Shown here one piece after another: positions 1 to 9,024 of a stretch of 64,000 nucleotides of DNA. Every line of letters starts with the position of its first letter. Position 1 is the stretch's first letter. Source of the DNA: Patescibacteria group bacterium (GTDB lineage Bacteria > Patescibacteriota > Minisyncoccia > UBA6257 > 1-14-0-10-40-38); NCBI GenBank assembly GCA_038064975.1, contig JBBTRX010000007.1, positions 59,026 to 123,025 on the forward strand, in the 5' to 3' direction. The notes under the pieces were generated by a model that saw nothing but the letters and a program-made list of their open reading frames with translations, was not told the DNA's origin and made no database searches. The position numbers and the translations under genes are program-made.

Positions 1-254
1 AAAAACTTCATTGATGTCTGGAGCTACTTGGGCTGTTAAATTTTCGCGCGGAACAAAAGAAAGGTGTTCCCATCCGCGAAAAAAGAAAAAAGAAAATCCT
101 GCAATAAAAATCGCAAGAAAAAGAAAAAATGGCGCGAGAGGATGATTCTTCTGCATTGCCTTCAGTATATACGCATATTTATATTTGCCTCATATAAAAT
201 TGTTAATAACTTAGTAACTGAATACTATTTCTCGCTTGATTCCTAGTATTTATA

Positions 255-287
255 GAAAACAAAATAAAAACTCCACACAAGGTGGAA
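255..287 (-). terminator. Rho-independent terminator after a tRNA-fragment relic
   Basis: Minus-strand hairpin CCACCUUGUGUGG followed by a U-run (plus-strand A-run 256-270). Confidence 0.5.
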
Positions 288-296
288 TTTTTATTT

Positions 297-350
297 TGCT
301 CCCGAGCCAGGCCTGCCTGCCGGCAGGCAGGCAGGGATCGCCTCTCATTC
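297..350 (-). pseudogene. Degenerate 3' fragment of tRNA-Asn with a 24-nt palindromic insertion
   Basis: Minus strand reads GAGAGGCGA-UCCCUG-[CCUGCCUGCCGGCAGGCAGGCCUG]-GCUCGGGAGCAAAAU. The last 15 nt match the 3' end of the intact tRNA at 871-885. The variable loop and T-arm 5' half are missing. No 5' half is found upstream. Confidence 0.45.
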
Positions 351-829
351 AGTAGAATGACCTACTGGGTCGATCTTCTGACCTCGAAACCTTCAGCTCC
401 TCCTCGGAGCTTGCGGCCCGCGGTTCGATTCCTAACACAGGAAATTTTCAAACCCTGTCTTGTACGGGGTTTTAAAATTTACTCCCTCTGTTGGATACGT
501 TTAGAACTATGCAGTGGATTAAAATAGCTAATGAATTAGAAGTATCTGGTTTTGTATAAAAAAGGAGACCGCCGTCGATACAGAACGGAAGACCACCGTT
601 ATTTTCCGGGACGGCTTGCGAATGTTGCCTTGAGGTTATGACTAGACTCTAACAACTAAAAGAACCCCGACAACGATAGCAGCGACCGCAGAAATTACCT
701 GTGAATACTTAAACGGAAAAAAATGACTGATACCGAAAGCGAGAAAAAACACAACTTCTGCAATGGTAAGTATTGACATCGAATATGATCAATTAAATTT
801 AATGAACGACCTTTTATTCATTCTAACAA

Positions 830-858
830 AGAAAAATAAAACACCCCAGCACGTGGGG
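830..858 (-). terminator. Rho-independent terminator after tRNA-Asn
   Basis: Minus-strand hairpin CCCCACGUGCUGGGG followed by UGUUUUAUUUUU. Confidence 0.6.
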
Positions 859-908
859 TATTCTATTTTGCTCCCGAGCCAGGGATCGAACCTGGGACCG
901 TCGCCTTA

Positions 909-1459
909 CACTTGTCCTACTATTACTAATAGGGGTGGACTATATCATCGCCCATGAAGGGCGCGAGGTACTTCGCCTGCATCAATTAATATTTGATCGG
1001 CTACTCCCTTGCGGGATAGTCTCTACACCTTCTCTGATTACTATCAGAGCTTGGCTCGGGATTGCCCTTGGAAAGGGGTTTCCCCGAATTCACCTCGTTT
1101 GCAACCTAGATTGCTCTAGGAGGCTGCGTTATGCCGGCTTCCACTTCGCGATGACAATTGGCGCATATCAGGATACATTTATCGAGTTCTGATCTCACCC
1201 TCTCCCATGATCTGGTATAACCTTTATCTCCTACGCCGAAATCTTTTTCAGCTGGATTCAGGTGGTGAAAATCAAGAGCTCCTTGATATTTTTCGTATCC
1301 GCATATCTGGCATTGCCCGCCTTTGTAGGCAATAGCCATTGTTTTGATTTTGCGCCGGCGTTTTGCCACTGCACGAATAAGTTCTTCTCGCCGATCGGCA
1401 TATGTCCGCTTGTCAGCCATATATGGTAATTTTACCATTTTATAAGCCAAAGCGTGTTC
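909..1459 (-). mobile_element. Group I intron (551 nt) in the tRNA-Asn anticodon loop, with an HNH homing-endonuclease ORF
   Basis: It lies between U35 and U36 of the tRNA and ends with a 3'-terminal G. About 200 nt of ORF-free sequence at 909-1105 is long enough for a catalytic core. Confidence 0.6.
1106..1450 (-). CDS. HNH homing endonuclease (intron-encoded)
   Basis: Translation has CQICGY...HHLNP...CANCH, an HNH/zinc-finger nuclease motif. The ORF starts 9 nt inside the intron. Confidence 0.7.
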   Translation of the reverse strand: MAYKMVKLPYMADKRTYADRREELIRAVAKRRRKIKTMAIAYKGGQCQICGYEKYQGALDFHHLNPAEKDFGVGDKGYTRSWERVRSELDKCILICANCHREVEAGITQPPRAI

Positions 1460-1559
1460 ACAGGGCGCCGCTCTACCGCTGAGCTACTCGGGAATATTGA
1501 GTTATAGGCTGTTTTGTAAACAGCGTTACTATTATAATGAACTATACTTAAATCGCAAT

Positions 1560-1838
1560 ATGTTCAAACACATTAACGTTTCAATCATCGGGGATGTCCA
1601 GGGAGTATTTTTCCGCCGGACGGTCAAGCACGAGGCGAGCCGGCAAGGCATTAGTGGCTTTATTCGGAACGAGCAGGATGGAACGGTATACATGGAAGCT
1701 GAAGGACCAGAAGAAATCATTGATATTTTTTCGGCGTGGCTCAAGAGCGGAGCTGGCGAAGGAACACACGCGATTAAAACTATTGATATCGTAGATGGAT
1801 CATTCAAGGCATTTGAAGGATTTGAGATTAAAGAATAA
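1560..1838 (+). CDS. acyP: Acylphosphatase
   Basis: VQGVFFRR and GFIRNEQDGTVYMEAEG motifs. Internal Met start is in frame with ORF 1497..1838. Confidence 0.75.
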   Translation: MFKHINVSIIGDVQGVFFRRTVKHEASRQGISGFIRNEQDGTVYMEAEGPEEIIDIFSAWLKSGAGEGTHAIKTIDIVDGSFKAFEGFEIKE

Positions 1839-1874
1839 GAAGCTTCGCCGCAGGCCTGGCTTGGAAGCCAATAC

Positions 1875-2609
1875 ATGAAGAACCCTCTTATCATAATCGC
1901 GATTGTAATCCTCGTTATCGTTGCCTATGATGCGATTCGGATATTTTTTCTATCTCAAAAAACGGCGACTTTAGAGCAATCCCCTTTTAATCGCAAGATC
2001 AGAAACGCCATATTTAGGATCCTGGTGCTGGGCGATAGCACGGCTGTAGGGATAGGAGCCGAGAGGCCCGAGGACTCGACTGCAGGCAGGCTTGCTCAAC
2101 TGTATCCTGGCGCTGAAGTTATAAACCTTGCTATGAGCGGACAGCGCATTTCAGGTCTTGAGGAAATTTTAGCAAAAAGAGAAGATGAGCATTTTGATAT
2201 CGTACTTATACAAATAGGAGCAAATGACATTATACGACTGACCTCGATGGAAGATATTGAGTCGGGAATCGAGAGTATACTTACAAGGAGCAAGAAGTTT
2301 GGTGGCAAGATTATCTTTCTTCATTCTGGCAACGTTGGAGATGCAAAATTTTTTCCTTGGTATGTGCGGCCCATTCTTTCAAAGAGAAGTTTACAGGTCC
2401 GAGATATATATAAAAGAAAAGCTTCCGTGCACGGGGTCCTGTACGTTGACCTCATTGACTCTCAGGTTTCAGAAAAATTCAAAGAGAGTCCTGATCTATA
2501 CTATGCAAGCGATTTATTGCACCTCTCAAGTGAAGGATATGCTCTCTGGTATGAAGAAATAGCAAATAAACTCCAGGCGGACGGTAATGAAAGCGGCCGA
2601 GAGCAATAG
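1875..2609 (+). CDS. SGNH/GDSL-family hydrolase with N-terminal TM anchor
   Basis: VLGDSTAVGIG (GDS block) and C-terminal DLLHLSSEGY (DxxH block). Confidence 0.65.
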   Translation: MKNPLIIIAIVILVIVAYDAIRIFFLSQKTATLEQSPFNRKIRNAIFRILVLGDSTAVGIGAERPEDSTAGRLAQLYPGAEVINLAMSGQRISGLEEILAKREDEHFDIVLIQIGANDIIRLTSMEDIESGIESILTRSKKFGGKIIFLHSGNVGDAKFFPWYVRPILSKRSLQVRDIYKRKASVHGVLYVDLIDSQVSEKFKESPDLYYASDLLHLSSEGYALWYEEIANKLQADGNESGREQ

Positions 2610-2623
2610 CACGAAACTGATAT

Positions 2624-3043
2624 ATGGCAGAATTAAAAACAAAAGCTACAAAAGAAAGTGTTACAAGATTTTTGAATTCTATCGAACCTAAAGAAAAACG
2701 ATCCGACAGCTTTGTCCTCGTTGGACTGTTTCAAAAAATTACAGGCGAAAAGCCAGTTATGTGGGGGTCAAGTATAGTAGGTTTTGGAACGTATCACTAT
2801 CAGTCGGAAAGAAGCACGCAGAAAGGCGACTGGCCTTTGGCAGCATTTTCGCCGCGAAAACAAAGTCTGACGCTGTATGTTATGGAGGGTAATAAAGATA
2901 GTCAAGAATTATTTAAAAAATTAGGGAAATATAAAACAAGTCTTGCTTGTCTATATATTAATAAACTTTCTGATGTAAACCAAAAAGTACTTATAACACT
3001 TATCAAAAAATCATTTCAATATATGCAGAAGGTTCATAAATAA
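2624..3043 (+). CDS. DUF1801 (YdhG-like) domain protein
   Basis: Size and conserved-block pattern resemble DUF1801. The adjacent YdeI-like partner is the commonly seen pairing. Confidence 0.4.
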   Translation: MAELKTKATKESVTRFLNSIEPKEKRSDSFVLVGLFQKITGEKPVMWGSSIVGFGTYHYQSERSTQKGDWPLAAFSPRKQSLTLYVMEGNKDSQELFKKLGKYKTSLACLYINKLSDVNQKVLITLIKKSFQYMQKVHK

Positions 3044-3051
3044 TAATCCTC

Positions 3052-3303
3052 ATGGATCCCAACCCAACCAAAAAAGGCTCGGTCCACAAACTGCCGACGG
3101 ATTTACGAAAGGCTATTACTTCTTCTTCGGCAGCGCGAACACTATGGGAGGATATTACACCACTTGCACGTAATGAATGGATCTGCTGGGTCATCTCCGG
3201 CAAAAAAGCGGAGACGAGAAATATCCGTATAGAGAAAGCACTTTCAAAGCTTAAAGGCGGAATGCGTAGGCCTTGCTGTTGGGCCGGTTGCCCCCATCGT
3301 TAA
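3052..3303 (+). CDS. YdeI/OmpD-associated family protein
   Basis: LPTDLRKAI...WICWVISGKKAETRNIRIEKALSKL matches the YdeI/OmdA pattern. Confidence 0.55.
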   Translation: MDPNPTKKGSVHKLPTDLRKAITSSSAARTLWEDITPLARNEWICWVISGKKAETRNIRIEKALSKLKGGMRRPCCWAGCPHR

Positions 3304-3343
3304 AAATAGAATTGTTGTATGTAGAAAAAACCGACGCGAATTT

Positions 3344-6300
3344 TTAAGGAATAACGTTGTAAAACGAATGAATGCTGTTTTGTGTTTCTGCGTCTACTAT
3401 GCCGGTTTCGGATAATTTATTTTTCTTTTGGAAACGAATCACTGCCTGGCGCGTCAGATTGCCATAGTACCCGCTCACCGTTCCCTCGGGATAGATAATT
3501 TTATTTTGCGCCAAATACAGTTGAAGGAGCATTACGTCCTCACCGGAGGAACCCACTAGTAATACCCGTGAGAATGGCTTATCGGTAAGTCCTCCCCCTT
3601 TGCACCCTAATGTATTCATATACATTCGTGTTGAAGCGCCAAAAATTCCCGTCCCCCCTCCTGCAGGAATACCAACCGGAATAAGGATTTCTGTCGCATG
3701 CGTATTTTGAAGTTCTTTTAAAGCAGCTGCAGTTAGTGAACCGAAGAACGTTGTCTCCTTACCCGACGATCCTGTACCAGAAGAAGCTATGATGAATCCT
3801 TGTGCATTTAAACATTGTTGGAGAACTTTCACATCGTTTCCTGTATCCCCCGTTCGCAAACTACGTGTAAATGTAAACGAACCTCCGGCACTTTTAGTCG
3901 TCGCATCAATGACGTTTGAATATTCAGAATCTCCCGCACTGTTGTATGCGCGAATGCGAAAGTAGTACTTCGTGTTAGCGGTAAGACTTTTCTCGTTCCA
4001 GAAATAATAATGCGGCGGCAAGTCGCGGATTTGCGCGAAGTTCGTTCCATTAGTACTCATTTCAAGCTTATATCCCGTTTGCCCTTCCGAACCGCCTTTC
4101 CAAAACAAGCGAATCTCGTTTTCTGAAATAGCATAAGCAGTCACGTTACTCGGTGACTCCGAAAGAATTGAGTTTACGGGCGGAGGAAGCAAAGCTGTGT
4201 CGCAATTTTGAGTAGGAGTGAACGCCACTATTTCCGAATACGCTTGCGCTGCGGAATAGAGCACGCGCACGGAATACGATTGCCCGCTTACCAATACGAG
4301 CGGCTGGGTTATCACCGTCGGCACGAAGCCCTGAGGCACAATCGCCACGAGCGTCCCTGCCGGAACAAATTTATACCAAAAGCCATTCACCCAATTTCCA
4401 TCAGTATCAATATCAACATAAAATCCTTGCGCGCCAGAGGATCCGTTTTCTAGCCATGAAACTGTTGCTTCCGTTGCGCTTCCGGAACAGAACGTGGACA
4501 CCGTGGGCGGAGAGAGTGGATCTCCCGGTGGCGGAGGTGGTGGAGGTGGTGGTGACGGAGCGCTATCGTTGTCTAATAGAGTAACTGTCCCCGTATTTGA
4601 AGAACTGGTTGTATACCCAGCGCTTGGCACAATCATTACCGTCACGCTTTCCGTATTCTCAACATTCACATCATTAATCGGAATGACATCAACTAAAACA
4701 GATGATTGATTGGCAGCAATCACAGGTGAAGTAATAATTGTCTGATAGTCCACACCATTCGTTGCTGTTCCACTAATGGAAATGACGATAGGCAGAGCGT
4801 TTGCAGTGCTTCCTGTGCGCGAAATAGTGAATAGTCCGGTATCCGAGCCAGCTTCTGATGCAGTCGCGTCTGTTGTAGAGATAGAAACAGCCGGTAAAGA
4901 AACCGCTGTTTCAAATCCAGAGCGAATGTAATTGTTTACGTTTGCTGCAGTATACGCATCATTCCAATTCCCTTTTGATTGTTGGAGAGCTCCAGTAATA
5001 AACGCGCTGTAAGTCCCCACTCCGCCTATGCTTGCGTTATACGTTGCAACGGAACGCATTGGGTCCAAGTAGGTTTGCTTCAACACTCCTGACGTAGTAT
5101 CTCCCACTTGGTTTTTCCAAAAGCCAAGCGTTTGAAGTGTTTGGTTTATCGTCGTCCACTTTGTAGCGCCACTATCGGGAGTACTAGAATAAAAAGTATT
5201 ATTACTACTATTAAATTCGCTAAAGCCACCAGACTGCTGATGGTCAAGATGGGGAGTAGTTAAAGAAGAATGTTGGAAATTGTTTCCGCTCAGGGAAATA
5301 TTAGTGACTCGCGGAGCTACACCATCAATCTGCAGGCCGCCACCCCATTCATAGATCGTATTATTCTGAAGAGCGAGATTATGAATACCAAAATCCAATT
5401 GACCATTCTCGCCTTTATGCATCCCTTGCATCGCGATGGCAACGGGCTGCGTACCTAGTACGTTGTTTGCGATGATATTATCCGCGATAGTTCCGGAACT
5501 CACGTTTGAGATAACCATTCCCCATCCACGCTTCTCTGAGGAGTTAATATTTTTTCCATCCAGAATAACATTATCTTGAATATCAATCATTACCCCATTT
5601 GCCGCTGGACTATTACCTCCACCTGCAACAAATGCAATACTATTTCGAACAAAAAGATTATTTTCTATCACGCCGCCCGAACGCATTTGTGCGCCATGAG
5701 AAGATCCGTCCGCTATAATGTTTCCGCGCAAGATGACGCCCGAGTTGCCGTTATCAATATAAATATTATGGCTAAAGATATCCGCACCGGCACCCGCAAC
5801 CGTTTCGCTCCAGCCATTGTGATAAAAAACATTTTCTTCCATCAACAAACCCTGCACGTCATATGCATACATTCCCTGTGAGCTTCCGTTCACCGAATGC
5901 ACGGTATAAGAATTCAGGATGACCGAGCGCCTCAATGTATAATTTTGAAGACTTCCGCCAAAACCCTGAAAAACAATGCCGGTACGATATCCTTCAATTT
6001 TGAAGTCTTCAAAAAGAATATTAGAACCAGGTTGCAGGAAAGACACTCCAGCCTCATTACCATTTGCTCCATCATAGGTATCGGCTAAAAAATGTAATCC
6101 CGTAAAAGCGACATTAGTAATAGTAGGCGGAGAGCCGCCTCCGTTATTAGTCCACACTGCCCCTCCAGTACCAGTCTTAAGCAAAGGCCGCACTGAACTC
6201 ACGCCATAGGAAGATATGAGCATTGGCTCTGATGCAGATCTTCCGGACATTTTCCATTGCCCGAGCGATTCATTAAAAACATCTCCTCTTTTCAGTAACA

Positions 6301-6586
6301 GCCCATCAGGATAGCCATGTCGCAACAAGGATTTACCTGCGCTGATTGTCTTTTTTGCCGTTCCTTCGCTTAACCCATCATTTGTATCGCTTCCCGTAGA
6401 TGAGCTCACATACACAACTCTTGTGTCCGCGCTCGGAGAAAATTCTGTCCATCCGGAACCGGACGACGAACCTAATTGAGCGAGAAGCACCTCATTGCCA
6501 TTTGGAAAACTAGAAACGTAAGTACTATAGAGAAAGGCCACGACACCGATTATGGCTACGAATGTTAAATTTTTCCGGTTAACCAT
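3344..6586 (-). CDS. Large secreted/surface protein: parallel beta-helix, Calx-beta-like, poly-Pro linker, FN3, two C-terminal peptidoglycan-binding (PG_binding_1) domains
   Basis: N-terminal TM/signal. Beta-helix repeats (NNIIANNV, NNLFVRN, Gly/Asn ladders). Calx-beta-like LFTISRTGSTANALPIVISISGTATNGVDYQ. PPPPPPPPPG linker. FN3 (YAISENEIRLFWKG...YYFRIRAYNSAGDSEYS). Two PG-binding repeats (DVKVLQQCLNAQGF; DVMLLQLYLAQNKI...LTRQAVIRFQ). Confidence 0.65.
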   Translation of the reverse strand: MVNRKNLTFVAIIGVVAFLYSTYVSSFPNGNEVLLAQLGSSSGSGWTEFSPSADTRVVYVSSSTGSDTNDGLSEGTAKKTISAGKSLLRHGYPDGLLLKRGDVFNESLGQWKMSGRSASEPMLISSYGVSSVRPLLKTGTGGAVWTNNGGGSPPTITNVAFTGLHFLADTYDGANGNEAGVSFLQPGSNILFEDFKIEGYRTGIVFQGFGGSLQNYTLRRSVILNSYTVHSVNGSSQGMYAYDVQGLLMEENVFYHNGWSETVAGAGADIFSHNIYIDNGNSGVILRGNIIADGSSHGAQMRSGGVIENNLFVRNSIAFVAGGGNSPAANGVMIDIQDNVILDGKNINSSEKRGWGMVISNVSSGTIADNIIANNVLGTQPVAIAMQGMHKGENGQLDFGIHNLALQNNTIYEWGGGLQIDGVAPRVTNISLSGNNFQHSSLTTPHLDHQQSGGFSEFNSSNNTFYSSTPDSGATKWTTINQTLQTLGFWKNQVGDTTSGVLKQTYLDPMRSVATYNASIGGVGTYSAFITGALQQSKGNWNDAYTAANVNNYIRSGFETAVSLPAVSISTTDATASEAGSDTGLFTISRTGSTANALPIVISISGTATNGVDYQTIITSPVIAANQSSVLVDVIPINDVNVENTESVTVMIVPSAGYTTSSSNTGTVTLLDNDSAPSPPPPPPPPPGDPLSPPTVSTFCSGSATEATVSWLENGSSGAQGFYVDIDTDGNWVNGFWYKFVPAGTLVAIVPQGFVPTVITQPLVLVSGQSYSVRVLYSAAQAYSEIVAFTPTQNCDTALLPPPVNSILSESPSNVTAYAISENEIRLFWKGGSEGQTGYKLEMSTNGTNFAQIRDLPPHYYFWNEKSLTANTKYYFRIRAYNSAGDSEYSNVIDATTKSAGGSFTFTRSLRTGDTGNDVKVLQQCLNAQGFIIASSGTGSSGKETTFFGSLTAAALKELQNTHATEILIPVGIPAGGGTGIFGASTRMYMNTLGCKGGGLTDKPFSRVLLVGSSGEDVMLLQLYLAQNKIIYPEGTVSGYYGNLTRQAVIRFQKKNKLSETGIVDAETQNSIHSFYNVIP

Positions 6587-6749
6587 AAATAGATGTGAGA
6601 GAATTCGAGGACGCTTGTCGTTTCTACCAGCATAACTCTTATCTATCGCTTTCCATATTTTTAATATGCACAGTTATGAATATTCGTTTCACGTCGGAAA
6701 AATATGTATAATAAAACATATGAGTAACCACACTAATCAAGGAGGAAAT

Positions 6750-6896
6750 ATGGTTTATTGTTTAGGGCTTATCGGCGCTCTCATTTATTTTATCGGTCAA
6801 GCAACAACATTTTGGATGGGAGTTATAGGAGCTTTGAAAGCTTTGGTATGGCCTGCATTTTTTGTGTATTATGCGTTGGATTTCTTATTTAAGTAA
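6750..6896 (+). CDS. Small 2-TM membrane protein (hypothetical)
   Basis: AAGGAGG Shine-Dalgarno at 6739-6745, 5 nt before the ATG. Two hydrophobic helices. Confidence 0.5.
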   Translation: MVYCLGLIGALIYFIGQATTFWMGVIGALKALVWPAFFVYYALDFLFK

Positions 6897-6902
6897 CTCT
6901 CC

Positions 6903-7445
6903 CTATCTCATCTGCTTCTCTTTACTATCCACTACGCTAATTATTGTTGATGGTTTTCCGTTCAGTTCTCCCTTATCAATAATGAATGATACATTTGCGC
7001 CAAAGTATTTTTTTGCTTCTTCAATAGTTTTCGCCGGCGGCTCACCCTCCAGGTTTGCGCTTGGAGCAACGATGGGGCCCGTTTCCCGCAGGAATTCAAT
7101 AAGCCATTTTTGTTTAGGTAAACGGAAAGCGATACTTCCGGTTCCCCTATGCAGATATGAAAAAGATTTGCTCTCGCACGGTACAACGATACTTACCGGT
7201 CCAGGCCAATATTTTTTAAAAATTTCTTTGGTTACTGCATCAGGTTTAATATTGAACTTTTCTATATCACTCTCTGTACTGATTAATACAATGAGAGGCT
7301 TACGCGAATCTCTTTTCTTAAGCTGATAGATCCGTTCAACTGCCGAAGGTGAAAACGCAGAACAAACCAGACCGTAGATCGTGTCGGTCGGGATAACTCC
7401 AATTTCTCCATTTTTAATCAGTTCAACCTCTTTGCTGTATTCCAT
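6903..7445 (-). CDS. tsaC: L-threonylcarbamoyladenylate synthase (YrdC/Sua5 family)
   Basis: GVIPTDTIYGL and SANLEGEPP motifs; about 180 aa YrdC-type length. Confidence 0.8.
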   Translation of the reverse strand: MEYSKEVELIKNGEIGVIPTDTIYGLVCSAFSPSAVERIYQLKKRDSRKPLIVLISTESDIEKFNIKPDAVTKEIFKKYWPGPVSIVVPCESKSFSYLHRGTGSIAFRLPKQKWLIEFLRETGPIVAPSANLEGEPPAKTIEEAKKYFGANVSFIIDKGELNGKPSTIISVVDSKEKQMR

Positions 7446-8114
7446 ATATATAGCGATCCTAGCAAAGCAATCTATGTGGCGTCTACTGGGGAGTTCTAAT
7501 TCCGTAAGTATTTGGTGTTAGAATTTTTTAAGCGGATATGATACTTTCAAATTAGTTCCCCCACCACTGTACAACCAGGAGCATAGCGATGTGCGGAAGA
7601 GACAATGATGTAGTCGAGCGTCGCTGTAGCGTTTGCCATCAAACGTATTATGGAAGTTTGGGACACATAGGTTGTCCCGCTCAAAGGAGGAAAAACCCCC
7701 AACAAGCGGCGGAACAAGAGCAAGGACTATCAGTTCTCGAAATCGATGAAGCCCTCGATAAGGCGGTGAGGAGAGTCACTGGACCACCCCATCATCACTA
7801 GTCTTCTCAGTTTTCTCAATGAGCACCTGGCTGACCATGTGCTCTTTTTTTTATCTTCACAGATTTTTTATCTTTCATTGGTAATCTTTAATTCATGAAA
7901 ACAGTTACCACAATTCTCATTGTTGTAATAGTACTCGGTTTCGGATATTGGCTTTTTAGCCGTTATCTCGTCTCCAAACTAGACGGCAGTGGAGTTCGTA
8001 TTGAACAAATACGGACATATGTTTAGTAACTGCCTTCTCTAGGGAAATATATCAAGAAGATAAAATTCACGGCCGATTCACTCGTTAAGAGCTATACATT
8101 GAAGACCTAGGATC

Positions 8115-8984
8115 ATGAACAGGATCTTCCATCATCGGTTATTCTTCCCCATAGCACTTATCGTGCTTGTTGCTGTTTATTCTCTTGTCGTGTGGGGACC
8201 GGCCTTGGGAGAGCAATCAGATCCGCCATCTTTTCCAGCAAATATTGCGGAAAAGCAGGAAGACGACTCAATCACTATTCCATCTACTCCAAAACCAGTA
8301 CTTTTCCGCTACGTAGAAATTATAGATAGCTGTGGGCCCCATTATAATGGAGCCTGCGTTAATATGCGTTCCGGACCCGGAGAAACCTATCCCGTCGTTA
8401 GCAAACTCCGTACTGGCATGGTGCTGAAAGTTAAAGACAGCGTTACCACAGAAGGAGGTAAGACCTGGTACGAACTTCTACCCGATGATCATGTACGCTA
8501 TCCGGAACGGGTAACGTCAGATTGGTATGTCTCCGCTGAGGTCGTGCGCGTATTTTATGATGACGGAAGTCATACGCTTCAACGAGGAGGAACCGGATCA
8601 ACGATCGTAAAAACTATCGTTATCAATCGTTCTCTTCAAGAGCTCTACGCGTATGAAAATGGAACTTTAGTAATGCAAATACCTATTTCCACCGGAAAGG
8701 AATTTACTCCCACTCCTCGCGGCACATTTACGGTATACAAGATGACACCGAGCCGCTACATGCAGGGCCCATTGCCTGGCATCAGCGATCAGTACTACGA
8801 CTTGCCCGGCGTCCCTTGGAATCTGTACTTTACGAACGGCGGCGCAGCTATTCACGGCGCGTATTGGCACGATAATTTTGGGCAACCTTGGTCACACGGA
8901 TGCGTCAATCTTCCGCTTGACAAAGCGAAAGAACTTTACCTTTGGGCTGAAGCTGGCATGTCCGTGACGGTGAAAGATTCATGA
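8115..8984 (+). CDS. L,D-transpeptidase (YkuD domain) with SH3b-like domain
   Basis: Signal/TM. SH3_3-like block (YNGACVNMRSGPGETYPVVSKLRTGMVLKV). C-terminal HGAYWHDNFGQPWSHGCVNL catalytic His/Cys. Confidence 0.7.
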   Translation: MNRIFHHRLFFPIALIVLVAVYSLVVWGPALGEQSDPPSFPANIAEKQEDDSITIPSTPKPVLFRYVEIIDSCGPHYNGACVNMRSGPGETYPVVSKLRTGMVLKVKDSVTTEGGKTWYELLPDDHVRYPERVTSDWYVSAEVVRVFYDDGSHTLQRGGTGSTIVKTIVINRSLQELYAYENGTLVMQIPISTGKEFTPTPRGTFTVYKMTPSRYMQGPLPGISDQYYDLPGVPWNLYFTNGGAAIHGAYWHDNFGQPWSHGCVNLPLDKAKELYLWAEAGMSVTVKDS

Positions 8985-9024
8985 AGAAACTTGCTCATAA
9001 TTTCTACATGTGAAAGCATGATGA

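Larger units (their letters stand above)
871..1493 (-). tRNA. tRNA-Asn(GUU) split by a group I intron; exons 1460..1493 and 871..908
   Basis: Exon 1 (minus) reads UCCCGAG-UA-GCUC-AGCGGUA-GAGC-G-GCGCC-CUGU. Exon 2 reads UAA-GGCGA-CGGUC-CCAGG-UUCGAUC-CCUGG-CUCGGGA-G. The acceptor stem is a perfect 7 bp with U1-A72 and discriminator G73, as in E. coli tRNA-Asn. The spliced anticodon loop is CUGUUAA, so the anticodon is GUU. The 5' exon ends in U and the intron ends in G, as group I splicing requires. CCA is not encoded. Confidence 0.7.

Noticed and set aside
64-246. ORF encoding a Lys-rich 60-aa peptide at the window start
   Set aside because: Low-complexity translation of an A-rich stretch next to tRNA debris. 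No SD. Likely non-coding.
3829-6088. Several 60-100-aa ORFs on the plus strand inside the 1080-aa gene, and similar antisense ORFs inside eno, ftsZ, pilB, the ATPase and others
   Set aside because: Embedded antisense or overlapping frames within well-supported long genes. No independent signals.
7560-7800. GC-rich patch with a 70-aa Cys/His-containing ORF (7589..7801)
   Set aside because: No SD. Composition-driven ORF. No motif. Left unannotated.
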